Assembly: GCA_010093995.1 (NCBI GenBank)
Contig: ML992515.1
Location: forward strand, 177,533 to 241,532
Direction of reading: 5' to 3'
Source: Elsinoe ampelina
Lineage: Eukaryota
Length of the DNA: 64,000 nt
Under the pieces are notes generated by a model that was not told the origin of the DNA, ran no database searches, and saw only the letters and a list, made by a program, of their open reading frames with translations. Below, piece after piece: positions 1 through 11,920 of the stretch. The translations under genes were made by a program, and so were the position numbers. The first letter of the stretch is position 1; every line of letters begins with the position of its first letter.

Positions 1-1427
1 GCATGTGGTATGATGCGCCGATCACGTATCCAGAAGTACGACGCAGTCTCATGGCAAATTTGGTCCGATACAAGTTGCAGTGCTACCCGTGTGGATAAGG
101 GACCGAGGTCTCGCACGAGGATTGCCTTGATCCATGCGTGCACACAAGAATGTACGCTGTAGCCTTTCGACGCTCCAGCGAGTGGCTCTGTGCTTGAGGT
201 CTCAGCAAGACCACGCTCGCATAGTATGTGCATGACCTGATTGAAAGTGAGCTTGTCTTTAGTAGCAAGCCCCAGCCACGGGAGGTCGTTCGGTGCAGCT
301 GGCTTCAGTAGCTCGTACCAGATATCGTCGTTCTCGAGTAGCCCCCAAAAGGCCAGAATATCTACACAGGCTGGATTCTCCGATCGTAGCTGCTGGAGTG
401 TAATGTCGCAAGTGCCGCCTACAGTCTTCTCTTCGGTAGTCAGGAGGTCGCTAGTCACCGCATCCAGCCTTTCCCACGAGCTCCGGTAGAATTGCCGGTA
501 CTCAGCAAACGTGACAGCCTCTTGCGTCAAGTAGGTTCCTGCTGTAGCCAGAGCCAGGGGTAGACCATCTAGATCCTCCACCAGAAGCCTCGCATCTGCG
601 TCATACATCACCTCCCGGTCCCGCCCGGACGCATGCATCAACAGCTCCAACCCTTCTCTTGCGTCTGCCAACCTCCCGAGATCTATCCGTGAATGTCCAA
701 GAAGAGTCTTACTCCTCGTCGTAACCAGAATCTTCCCCTGCACACCCCCAGGAAGCAGCGCCCCAAGATCCACCCCATCTTTACCACCCGCCTTCACTCG
801 ATCCAAATTATCAACAATCATCAACCACCCCTCATTTCCCTTCCTACTCAACCAACCTTTCACACCTTCCACCGCATCCACCTCCGGGCCCAGCTGCAAG
901 TCCCGATATACCCTCGCCACCCGCGACCGAATCACAGCATAGCTTCTCGCGACCGCCGCATCGTCTCTTGCATCTACCCATAGTACAGCAGAGTACTCTT
1001 CATGATAGCGTCGCGCATACTCGCTCGCCAACTGAGTCTTACCTATTCCCCCCAGCCCACGGACGACGACCTGCACCCGACCAGGCTTTTGAAACGCATC
1101 GTGGATGCGAGCGAGCTCGTTCCCGCGGCCGACGAAGCGGGAACGGGGGAAGGCATGGGGAAGCTCGAAAGGGAGCTCGAAGCTGGTGGGGGTTTGAGAT
1201 GCGAGGTACGCTGCATTGGCGTCGCCATACGAGGCATAGCTGGTTGGCGGGGCGCCGTAGAAGCTGGAGATCAGCCGTGGTCATTGGCGTGTAGATCAGA
1301 CGTACTTGTTGACAAAGTTCAAGGGGCCATTGTTGGTCTGATTGGTGGCGAGATTGGAGATGTGGCCGTGGTTATCAGTGCGGTGCGTGGTCCCGGCGGG
1401 CGGCGGTGGTGGAGTGGAGGAGGCCAT
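1..1427 (-). CDS. Fungal NLR (NB-ARC), 3' part outside the window; paralog of the adjacent NLR
   Basis: Manual translation: ATG 1427, exon 1 MASSTPPPPPAGTTHRTDNHGHISNLATNQTNNGPLNFVN, 42-nt GT-AG intron 1305-1264, then FVGR..EL, Walker A RGLGGIGKTQLA, Walker B WLMIVDNLD, ILVTTR, LDGLPLAL, DDIWYELL, VHSCVHAW. The frame is open to position 1, so it is missing from the ORF track. Confidence 0.9.
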
Positions 1428-1474
1428 GCGTCTCAAAAGACAGCATGATTGTTAGTGGTCCGATCGCGTAGTTT

Positions 1475-1506
1475 TTACATCGTCAGAGCCGTTACATCGT
1501 CAGAGC
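1475..1506. repeat. 15-bp direct repeat TTACATCGTCAGAGC x2 just upstream of NLR1
   Basis: Two identical copies at ~1475-1489 and ~1492-1506. Confidence 0.8.
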
Positions 1507-2406
1507 GGTATGAGCAGTATTGAAGACGCCTAGAATGGATAGATTTACAAGCCATCAAGCGTAGTAAGGAGTGTATTTAACATCTCAGCTCAGCGCTGAG
1601 GAGGGGGTGAGGCGTCCAATGATCGGCCTCAGCACAATTGGTTGGCACTCGTCGTCGCCATTGGAATACCGCCAATGCTGACAAAGTGGAATAACTATCA
1701 GATGTGCACGACAACATCCATTGCCGCCGATCTCGTATTGTCCTCTCAGAGATGGGAACACTCAGCCTTCAAATGGTCATCAGGCGATTAGGTGTCAGCT
1801 AGTGTCGCTTGCACTTGAGCAGACCGGACACGTGTGTGTATCTCCCAAGTGTTAGGTCAGTTCCGTGGTATTCGACGCTCAGGGGCGAGACAATTGCATT
1901 TTCATTAGTGTCGGACAGATAAATTTGAGTCGACTGCACTTCAATAAATCCCAAGCTTGATCCTCAGTAAACCGACCTGCGACTACCCAAATCAATCCCT
2001 CATTACGGCTGGCGGTGCTCTGTGAGTCTGCATCGAGCCTACTCAAGCTACCGATTCTTTGACAACACATAAGCAACGGCATCTCTCGGAGCATGAAGAG
2101 TGGCTGCTTCGCCGTAGTGTAGAGAGCATGGAGGCTTCACTGCCCCTGCCCACGACACAGTCGTTTCACCTACAAGGATATGGCAGATCACTTGTTGTGC
2201 CGTGGTCACCGCAATGGTCTCGAGCATGTCGATCAGCGGGTTCCTGACTGTTTAGCGTAATCGGAGCGGCGACCTGTCATTCCCACGCAGCGTCTCCCTG
2301 TAACACTGCCGATGAGCAACGCTTCAATACCATCCATTTCTAATGACACGACCACACCTCCCACACAGTTTATCGTTCAACATACGGGCGGGCGGACACG
2401 TCGCTC

Positions 2407-4920
2407 TCACGTCGGTGACGTGTTCGAATGCCAATAAGCAGGAGAGAAGTCGTCAGGAAGATAGCGGCGGCGCAGAGAGTGGGAAGGGGCCGGTGGTCCG
2501 AGACTGGTCCTTCGAGGCCGTTTCTCGGGGAAACCGTGGTGCCGATCCATCAGTGTGACCGTGACGGAGGCCTTCCTAGGATATCCAGGAAGGTACGACG
2601 CAACAGTGGCATGTTCATTGGCGAAACGAAATTCTTTGTCTGTAGATTCTAGTAGCGCATTCTTGCATTGGAAGATTTGCTTGCGTATAAAGGGTATGAT
2701 GCCGGGAATCGTTTCCCCCAGGTCTTCGATCATTTCTTGTGCTTGCTGAAGACGACTTATAGCTGTGATGTGTTCTTCTTGTTTGGCACAAGTGACTCCT
2801 ATGTAGACTTGTGCGACTATAGTCCATCGATTGCGAGTCCCGAAGATGGTGCGATACTCCTCAAAGCCCCTTCGATAGATCCTCTCAGCTTCGGCATAAT
2901 GACCCTGTGCCCGATAAAGCTTGCCGAGATTAAGCAGAGTACCAATCGTCCTTGGATCCGAAGGTCCCAGAGTCTGTTGCTGCATTGCAAGGGCTCTGAC
3001 GAGTAACGATTCGGCAGGGCCGTATTCCTTCTGTACGTGAAAGACGTTGGCGAGATTGTTCATCGCCCCAAACGTGTAAGGATGTTCTGGGCCGTAGTGT
3101 GACGAGCATATATCCAGTGCAGAGATCAGATACGTCTGAGCAATTTCTATGTTGCCGGACTCTGTATACGCACGGCCTAGAGCCTGTAGAGCGCGATTGT
3201 CAGCATCAATAGAGACAGGGACGGACTCAAGTTGGAGTCTCAGATGCTGAAGAATCTCGATCGCTTCATCGGCGCTTCCCTGCTCGAGCTTGACGGTTGC
3301 TAGACATCTGACGGCTCCCAGAGTGCGACCATCATCAAGCCCATGTTTCCGCATAGATGCTGTCGCAGAAGCTCGAAAGAAAGCAGCGGCAGCCACAAGG
3401 TTGCTGTTTCGATGAAACAGTGCACCGAGTCTATAGAGCTGACCAGGATCTAGAGTGAGCTCAGGAAGTGTGTCGGTGAGAAGTTCCCATAGACGCAAAG
3501 CGTGCGCAAATATTCGACGTTGTCCTATCCAAAAGCCTGGCGATGAATCCGGCAGAATTTGTGCAGTGACTAGTGCCAGGGCTACATGAATCATGCCCTC
3601 TCGTAGCTCTGGTTGGATACCATGCGCAAGCCACGCATGTACGCAATTGTGGATGGCGAAGCCTTGAAGCTGATTCGTTGAGTTATCAGCGCTCTTTGTC
3701 TCTATCAGACCATGCTCGCTCAGCACACGAAGGCACTGCAGGAATGACAGCTCATCCTCCACAGCCTGTTCGAGCCACTTGTACCCGACCAACGTAGCAG
3801 GCGGCTTCACTAGCTCGTACCAGATATCGTTGTTATCGAGGAAGCCACATAGTACCAATAAATTTGCGGCTTGTGGGTTTTGCTGTAAGATAAGATCAAA
3901 GGAGATATTCCAGGTAGTATGGAGTGTGCGATCCTCGTAAGTCAGTATCCTGGGACCGGAATTGTGAAGCCTCGCCCAAGAACTCCGGTAATATTGGAGA
4001 TACCGGGCAAAGCTAACATTTCCCTGCCGTAGGAACGAGCCAGCTGACACCAAAGCCAAGGGCAATCCGTCCAGCTCCCGCAACAATTGTTCGGTCTCGG
4101 TCCCCTTGACATGGGGCAAATGACGATCCGAAGCTGCCGCAAGGATCTCCAGTGCCTGTTCATCACTACTGATCTTCTTTAGTCTGATCACGTGCGTGCC
4201 AGAGATGTGCGATGCTCGAGTAGTCAAGATAATCCGTCCATGTGGTCCGCATGGGATGACTTCTTTGAGATCTACGGTATCACTCGATGAGGTGTGCGAC
4301 AACTTGATCAGATCCAAATTGTCAAAGACCATGAGCCAGCGACGATTTGCAGCCCTGTTCAGCCAAGTATGGACAAAGGCCACCGGATCGTCTTCATCGC
4401 CGCCCGGAGAAGTAGCTGGCGAATCACGCTGGATTTTGTTCTTGATGGCAGCGTAGTCGTGGCGAACAGTGATCATGTCTTTGGCGTTGACCCAGAACAC
4501 CGCGCTATACTCGGTGTGGTATGTCTTCACATACTCCCGGGCCAAGGCTGACTTTCCAATCCCGCCTAGACCGCGGATGATCACCTGGGATCTTGACGAG
4601 GCTTGAAGAGCATGGTGAAGCTCACGTAGCTCTTCATGCCGACCGACGAATGGATTACAATGTACGCTCTCGGGTGAAGTGAGAGGTATGTCGTAGCTAA
4701 GCTGAGTATCGGATCTGATGCGGATGGGACGAATCGCCCGCCTGTCAGAAGATTTACGGCTCTTCAATCCCGCTTGGAATACTCGGTGACTGGCAAAGAT
4801 GATCGGCCCGTTGTTGATTTGTTTGGCAACCAGATTGGAGACAGATCCGCGATTGATGGTACTGTAGGGTGCTTCGTCACCGGCTTCATGCTCGGTCGTC
4901 GTCTGGGACCTGGCCGCCAT
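2407..4920 (-). CDS. Fungal NLR: NB-ARC plus C-terminal TPR repeats
   Basis: First ATG at 4920. Motifs RGLGGIGKSALA, WLMVFDNLD, IILTTR, LDGLPLAL; TPR-type repeats GPEHPYTFGAMNNLANVF and GPSDPRTIGTLLNLGKLY. Confidence 0.93.
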   Translation of the reverse strand: MAARSQTTTEHEAGDEAPYSTINRGSVSNLVAKQINNGPIIFASHRVFQAGLKSRKSSDRRAIRPIRIRSDTQLSYDIPLTSPESVHCNPFVGRHEELRELHHALQASSRSQVIIRGLGGIGKSALAREYVKTYHTEYSAVFWVNAKDMITVRHDYAAIKNKIQRDSPATSPGGDEDDPVAFVHTWLNRAANRRWLMVFDNLDLIKLSHTSSSDTVDLKEVIPCGPHGRIILTTRASHISGTHVIRLKKISSDEQALEILAAASDRHLPHVKGTETEQLLRELDGLPLALVSAGSFLRQGNVSFARYLQYYRSSWARLHNSGPRILTYEDRTLHTTWNISFDLILQQNPQAANLLVLCGFLDNNDIWYELVKPPATLVGYKWLEQAVEDELSFLQCLRVLSEHGLIETKSADNSTNQLQGFAIHNCVHAWLAHGIQPELREGMIHVALALVTAQILPDSSPGFWIGQRRIFAHALRLWELLTDTLPELTLDPGQLYRLGALFHRNSNLVAAAAFFRASATASMRKHGLDDGRTLGAVRCLATVKLEQGSADEAIEILQHLRLQLESVPVSIDADNRALQALGRAYTESGNIEIAQTYLISALDICSSHYGPEHPYTFGAMNNLANVFHVQKEYGPAESLLVRALAMQQQTLGPSDPRTIGTLLNLGKLYRAQGHYAEAERIYRRGFEEYRTIFGTRNRWTIVAQVYIGVTCAKQEEHITAISRLQQAQEMIEDLGETIPGIIPFIRKQIFQCKNALLESTDKEFRFANEHATVASYLPGYPRKASVTVTLMDRHHGFPEKRPRRTSLGPPAPSHSLRRRYLPDDFSPAYWHSNTSPT

Positions 4921-5611
4921 GAAAGGTGCCACGTTGTATCTTCACTACCAGAGCAATGCAGGACGTCTCAATGAGCGAGTCGTCGTGGCGACGATGCTCA
5001 CACAGTCGTCCATATATGCTATGGTGGCGATGGCAGAATGTTGCCCCCGTAAGTATGCGATCACGAGCTACGAGGGCGCAGCGCCTGAGGTTGTGGCGTC
5101 CAACTCATGCATGATCAATTAGGCAAAAGGTGTCTGGCCAATCACATAGGTTCGAGCTGGGCCTAGCAAATACAGTGCCACCGCGTTTTCGCCTCTTGAT
5201 CGCTGTCATTACCGACTCAGTATTATGCATTTGAGCATACATCGAATGGTGCAGAACAGATGGAGTGGTCGAGCAACGACGACAATGAAGCGCTCCGACA
5301 TCGGCAAAGGACAGCCGAGATCTATCTGAACAGCACATGTAGTCAAAACCGGAAACTGGAAGCATAGACAGAGAAGAAAACACCACCACACTCAGCGCTG
5401 GTAAATGCATTGACCCCCCCTCTCCCGAATCTCAAAAAAGACCCAACAGTCTACCGGTATATGACCCTCTCCCGGACCAATGTGACCGTGTACATAGCGC
5501 CCAACTCTGTCGCAAACAAGCCCGTCTCATACTCTGTACAATCTCTCCCTGCTTCATCTCTCCCCCATCATGTCCCTTTTCAGCCTTCCCTGCCTTCCCC
5601 TTTCGTCCTCA

Positions 5612-8600
5612 CTACATAACCTCCACCCCCCTCGCTCCCCCATTAACCCCAAAAGCCCCCTCGTTCTCCTCCAACGGCGTCTCCGGCAAGCTCCTATCCA
5701 ACCTGCTATCTCCAATATCCTTCTCTCCCTGCCCGCCCTCGGCGACCGCACTATCGTCCAAACCCTGCTGCATCGCCTGAGCACTCACAATCTCCGCCAG
5801 GCGCTTCAACCTGGGCGTCTGCAGCCAACTAGGCGTGTACGTCTCCAGAGCCGTGATGACGCGCGGTTCGGCGATCTCGTAAGGGCCAGAATCTTCCATG
5901 TCGACGGCGGGGAGGAGGAGGACGTCTGTCTTGGGGTCGGTGACCCGGGAGGCGACGGCTTTCATGATTTCGCCGTTGATGGGCTGTTCGTAGTCTGCTA
6001 CGAGGTATTGGTTGAGGAGTTTTTGGATTTGGTTAGGGGAGAGCCTGGGGGAAAGAATGTCAGCACATGTTTCGATATGGTCGGAAAAAAATGAAAGAAA
6101 TGTGGTCAATGGCGAGCAAGCAGCGAGCAGCGGCAGGGTGAGCAGTGAGCAGGATCTAGAAAGAAACATGGTCAGCACTCACATCCAGCAAATGTCCTGA
6201 ATGATCTCAATGTCATTCAATGTCGCCTTCTTCAACTGCAGCAGCTTGGTAGCCTGCATGAGGTGCTCAAGCTGGAGCGTTCCCTCAGGCATGTCATGGC
6301 TCTTGCACCATTCTTCTATCCTGGTGATGTTGTAGTTGATCTGCAGACCGCGCTTCCAGGAAAGGAAGTTGCGTCGCATGAGCAGATCGTTGAATGCAGT
6401 AACACCGACAAGGCGGAGGAGCTCGGTGATGGTCTGAGTGATGATGCTGTCTTCAAGGTAGAACGCCTTCATGGCTTTGAAGACGTTGTTGAGGAGAGAG
6501 AGCAGGTTGTCCATGCTGAACGCTGGGGTCTGGTTGCTCTGCAGCAGCTTGCCGAGGAATCTGTTAGATTCGTTCGTGACGAAGCCGGGTAGCGACTGGC
6601 TCTCGATGATGGCCGGGACGATCATCTTATGCAGCTTCTTCTTCAATACCTTCATCCAAGTATGGTAGATGTTGAATTCCAGACTCTCCAGATCATGCTT
6701 GACAATCTCCAGCAGGCGGTCGTACTCGAAGTTATCTGTCTTTTGTGCCTCATACCAGTCTTCAGCGAGGAACACAAACGACAGCATCTCGTGCACATTC
6801 GATAGCCAAAAAGCACCAGGGTTGACTGCTTCATCGCCATCATGAGCCATGACCTCTTGTTGTATCGACTGCATGACATTGGCGAGGAAGCGTTCTGACT
6901 CCTTGACGAAACCATTATTCCACATTTCCGACGTGACGAGATTTATGAGGTACGCAGGGAAGAGGACCTCCTTATCCGTAGGTGGCGGCGATGTACCAGG
7001 GGCTGGGATCTTCAGATTTTTGATCAGGCCAAGAGTCACCTCCTCGTTCAGACCATCCTCGTCAGCCAGGATATTCTCGAGTTCCATCTCAACGTTATTC
7101 GTATCAGCACCAAATGTAGTGCCAGACAATGTCTGCGGATGTACGCCATTGGCGCCCCACATCATCGACACAGGACGAGGGTTGAAGCTGCCGGAGAAGC
7201 GATGGTCGGTATCGATCTTTTCGAGCTGGGCGGATCTCCTCTTTGGCTTCTTCGCAGAGACGAGGTTGATGAGACCGCTGGCTTGGTTGAGACCACGATC
7301 CGCACCGTTTGTCATCTCGCCATTGACGGGAGCAGCACGCTTGGCCAGCTCGAGCTGATCCTGCAGCTCTGCCAGCTGTTGGCGTAATGACAGCTTCTCC
7401 GTCTCGGAAGCGTTTCGGCTCTTGCGTGTCTGCTCGAGCTCTTCGCTTGTCGATCGTAGTGACTCTCGCAGTGTCTTCTCCTCGTCTTGCAACCGCCGCA
7501 TGTTTGCGGTGGACTCTTCGAAGTTGGTCTGTAGACGTGCCATGTCCTGCTCCATCTGCGTGAGTCTCGCAGCATGGATACCAGCCTGGTTGGCCTCGGC
7601 TTGCAGCTCCTTCGTTCTTCCCTCCAACGTCTGTGTCCGCGACCGCCATTGCTTGAGCTGTGCCTCGTAACCCTCGACTTGAGACTTGAGCGCCTTGTTC
7701 TCCGTGCGCATGGCCCCAAGCGCTTGTGTGAGTTCGACGACCTTGTTCTCCAGCTTGTAGGAGATCTGCTTGAGATCCCTGGCCTCTTCTCGCAGACCCT
7801 TGTACGCCTTCCTGGCCGTCTTGCCGCGCCACAGCTTTTGCACGGTCACAACATTCTTCCTGTATTGTCGCCATTGCTTGAGTTGTTGTCTCGATCGCCA
7901 CGTCCGTTGAATCACCCGCGCTGCGTTGCCGACTCTCGTGTCCATGATATTCTTCCTGCAGAGCCACCCCTTGGCCGCCGCTTCAAACTGGATGAGATTG
8001 TTGCGGATGAATATGAACCTCTTGCGCTCCTTTTGTCCTCGCCAAACGCGCTGGATCGTCGTGGCGCCTTTAACGCGTCGCGCTTCTTCAGCTTGGTGTC
8101 TTGCAAAGACGCCGCGAAAGAGAGACTGGACTTGAAGGATGGAGTGTATGGTTTCGAGATAACGCTTGCGGTAGTATTTGGCGCGAAGATTCTTCTGGAT
8201 CATGATTGCGGCTTGGTTGAGGCGGTCTGTCCGTTTGCCCTCCAGGAAAGCAAGCATACCTGCGCGGAAGAAGATCTTTGTCAGACCGAGCTGGTACTTA
8301 TCCGTGCCGTCCTTTTTGCTCTCTCCGAGTGCTCTTCGCAGGATGGCGTCGCACATTTGCTTGATTTCTGGCGTCCATTGTGCTGAGGGCACCAACATGT
8401 AGTATCGCATGGCAAACTCCTCGTATGTCCATCGGGTAGGGTATCCAGCACAACTAATTCTGACAGTCTCGAGGACACCGCAAGCTCGAAGTTGCGACAA
8501 AACCATTGGGCCTTCGAACTTCCATGCCTCCTTGCCTTCGTTTGGCTTGATACATCGGATGTAGTGGACGTCGGTGGAGTTGATCGTGGCCATGAGCTCG

Positions 8601-10793
8601 ATAAGTGATGACTTGAAGATACCTCCCAATGTAGGCTTTCTCGCAGCTGCGGCACCTGGCCGCTTGCCTGGACCAGCAGGAGCGGCAGGTTTCGACGACA
8701 TTGAAGCATTCTCTCGCTCCCGTGCCGCTGTAGCAATCTCAAGCACATCTGACAAGAACTGATTCGAAGTGCCTCTCAGCACTTCGAGATGCTCATCCGG
8801 TACCGTGTCTCTGTTCTTCTCGATGAAGCCCTCGGATTCGTATGTAACATCAATGGCGTAATGACAGACCGTAAAAGCCGACTTGCCGAACCTTGGCTTT
8901 TTGAAGAATTTACTCTTCTCGCTGGCGAAGTTGGTGTAGAGCTTGTTCACAAACGACTCGTCAGATCCCATGGGCAGACGCGATTCTTCGTCCAGGAGCG
9001 CAAGGACACCCATCTTGTTCTCGATCAAGTCGATACACGGCTGATTATCCGAGAAGTCGATGAATTTCCAGTCGATCTGTTCCCGCACGTATTCTTCTTG
9101 CTCAAGCTTGAATACATGCTGATTGAATTCTTGTTGCAGCTTCTCGTTTGCGTAATTGATACAGAACTGTTCGAATGAGTTCTTGGTAAAGTGCTCGAAA
9201 CCGTAGATATCCAGAACACCGATGAAAGATTTCACAGATTCCAGAATTTCAGGACGAGCCAGACTGCTGTTGATCGTGTCGACGAGCCAGTCGAACAGAC
9301 TTGAGTAGATGTATTTGGCGACTGAATCTCGGACCACGATCGCTTGAGCCTGGGACAGATTTGACATTATCTTTTCGCCTCGGGTGATGAGCTGTTTCTT
9401 GACGGTCCATTTCGCAAAGTTGTCCGCGCTGATCCCGAGAAGCCTGCATGCCTTGACCAGAGAGGGCTCGTCGGCTGCAAGTTGAGAGTCGGTTCGCGTG
9501 GCAGCGATCTTGATGTTGCCGATATGGAGGAGCGCGGCAAGGATCTTGAAGATCTGGGCTTGTTGATTCACGTCAACTCCAATCCTCGTCAAGGAATCTC
9601 TTGTGGCCTGAAACTCTGCAGCGTCGTCCACTCCAACAATTTGCGCATTGCCTCCTTGGTTCATGTACTCGAAGTGCTCTACGGGTACAAGTCCAAGCTC
9701 TTCACGTTCTGCGTCCGTGGCGCCCGCAATTAGCTGGTAGAAGATGTGGTAGTTCCTCTCTTTCAGTGGCTGGAAGACCAGACGTGATCGTTCAAGCAAG
9801 TACGTTCGTATCCGCGCGCCGATGATGTCCGTCTTTTTGTCAAACATGATCTCGATGTACTTTCCGAAACGTGAAGAGTTGTCATTACGGGTCGTTTTTG
9901 CATTACCGAATGCTTCCATGATAGGATTCGTGGCGAGGATCTGTTCTTCGGTCTCGCTCATGGCGTCTGCTCGTCCTTTGGCGCGGCCGCCGGGTTGATC
10001 TGGTGATTCTCGGGTCGCAAAATATCGCATGATGTATTTGGCACTGACTGTCTTGCCGGCACCGGACTCGCCTGAAACGACGATTGTCTGGTTCTGGCCA
10101 TCGCGAAGCATGTCACTGAGGAGTCGTCAGTCTCTTTCCTACTTGATCATTCTCGCGAGGGGTGTAGGCTTACGCAAATGCCTCTTCCGCAATTGCAAAT
10201 AAATGCGGTGCTTGCGATGCTCTTTGCTTTCCGGCGTAGACTTGTACCATGCCTGGCACATAGAGGGAGTCGACCCGAGCGAAAGGATTGGTAGCGATGA
10301 GGACGATACCGGAGTAAGTGTAGATTTCTTTCTGGGCATAGCGTAACTTGATGGCTTGTAATACTGGGGAGTGTTAATAGTGTTTCTGATATCTCTCAAG
10401 CCCTTTCCATACCAGCAGGTTCATTAAGATGCGATAGATTCGTAAGATCGTCACTGGCTTCAAGCATAGCAGGGTTCATCAGCGGCGGGAGGGTGGTATC
10501 GTTATCATCCTGGAGGGTAGTGAGGGTGGTGACGACCTCTTTGGTCTATTCTCAATTAGAATCTGATACGTGGCTGGCGAGTAATCCATCTTGTCGCATA
10601 TCTCGCCCCGGTATAGACGTGTTGATATGCAATCGGCTGACGGGTCATTGGAGCTTACCTCGCCATTCTCCAGCTGGAAAACCAGCTTGACCTTGTCACC
10701 CTCGACACGTTTCTGCGTGACCTCGGAGGCCACCCATCCCTCGTTGACGTCTGGTTGCCAGGCGCGCGTGCCGACATCGTAGGTGTGCGCCAT
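5612..10793 (-). CDS. MYO2: Class V myosin (motor, IQ motifs, coiled coil, DIL domain), multi-exon
   Basis: GESGAGKT P-loop, NDNSSRFGK, DIYGFE, IQ repeats, DIL region (WKRGLQINYN). Start MAHTYDVGTRAW at 10793; about four introns. Confidence 0.96.
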
Positions 10794-11920
10794 GGCGAGC
10801 AATCAGTCAGAGTTGTGGGCGCTGGAAGTACAGCCTTGGGTCAAAAGGAGTGTGTGTCCATCCGCGGTTGTGGAGCAAGAGATCGTAGTCGTGTCCACGG
10901 ATACCCAAGTCAAAGACGCGGAAAAGTATTACGGCGAGAAGTAAATGCTAGGCTGGGAATGCAAGTAGGGCGTGGGTTGTTTGATGGCGGCCGTTGAGGT
11001 GTGGATTGGATTTCTTGAGGCCAAAGCCGTGTCTGTCAAGTTTGGCTGGCTTTCTCCACGCTACGCCAGGGCCACAAAAAGACCAAACCTGAAGACACCA
11101 CAACACAGACCCGCCGCGGCCAGCATCGTTCAGGGACTAGTGCGCTTGTTCCTCGAGCCCCTTTTTTGCATGCTCTTTTTATCGGGCTGCAGCTACCTTA
11201 TGGTTCTCACGAAAAGATATCTGCTCATGGACAGGAGTAGATAATGCTGCATCTACCACATGCTCAGAACTCCTCAACGGCGACTCCAGTCTACTCAGAT
11301 ACATTATCACTCTTGCCATCAATGGCTTCTTTCCATGGTCGATCAGGCTCGAGCGCCCTCTTACCTAAGCCGCAGCGTCCCATCTCTTTCTCATGCGGCT
11401 CTGCTCTCCCACTCATTACCGATCGTCGCGCTTTGCAATATATCGCACGTGCAGTACCCGCGTCTTGGTCACTTTGATCTCATCTTCGGCCCTCGCATTC
11501 CATCATATTAACTCAACAGCATGTTTTGATACTCAAAAGTCGCGTTCATCCATCATCAAAACGTTCATCGCGAAGTCGCGCCGTTGGACAGCCTCATCTC
11601 CACCGTCCATGCGAACGACGTCCGCCCTCATACCCAGATCTGCCAGCCTTGTAGTCGGAAGAGGCCGAGCCTGATCATGTTGAATCCCTGCATTCATGAG
11701 TAGGCTACTTGACCTATGGCATCTGTGTATACCACACCCGAACAAGGGCAGGCTGAACCCTGTAAACCATTCCCCAGCTTTTGTTGAAATCATTCCACCA
11801 TGACCATTTTGTTGTCCTCCATTCAGCCAGCCAGTTGAACCCGCCCACCCATCCAATCTGCTCATGCAAACGCCCCGATCTGGTATCGATATCTATGCAC
11901 ACTTTTCCAAACATGCAGGT

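Noticed and set aside
1450..2400. Searched between the NLRs for an amyloid-motif effector gene
   Set aside because: Only short ORFs with no HeLo/SesB-like features and no copy of the motif.
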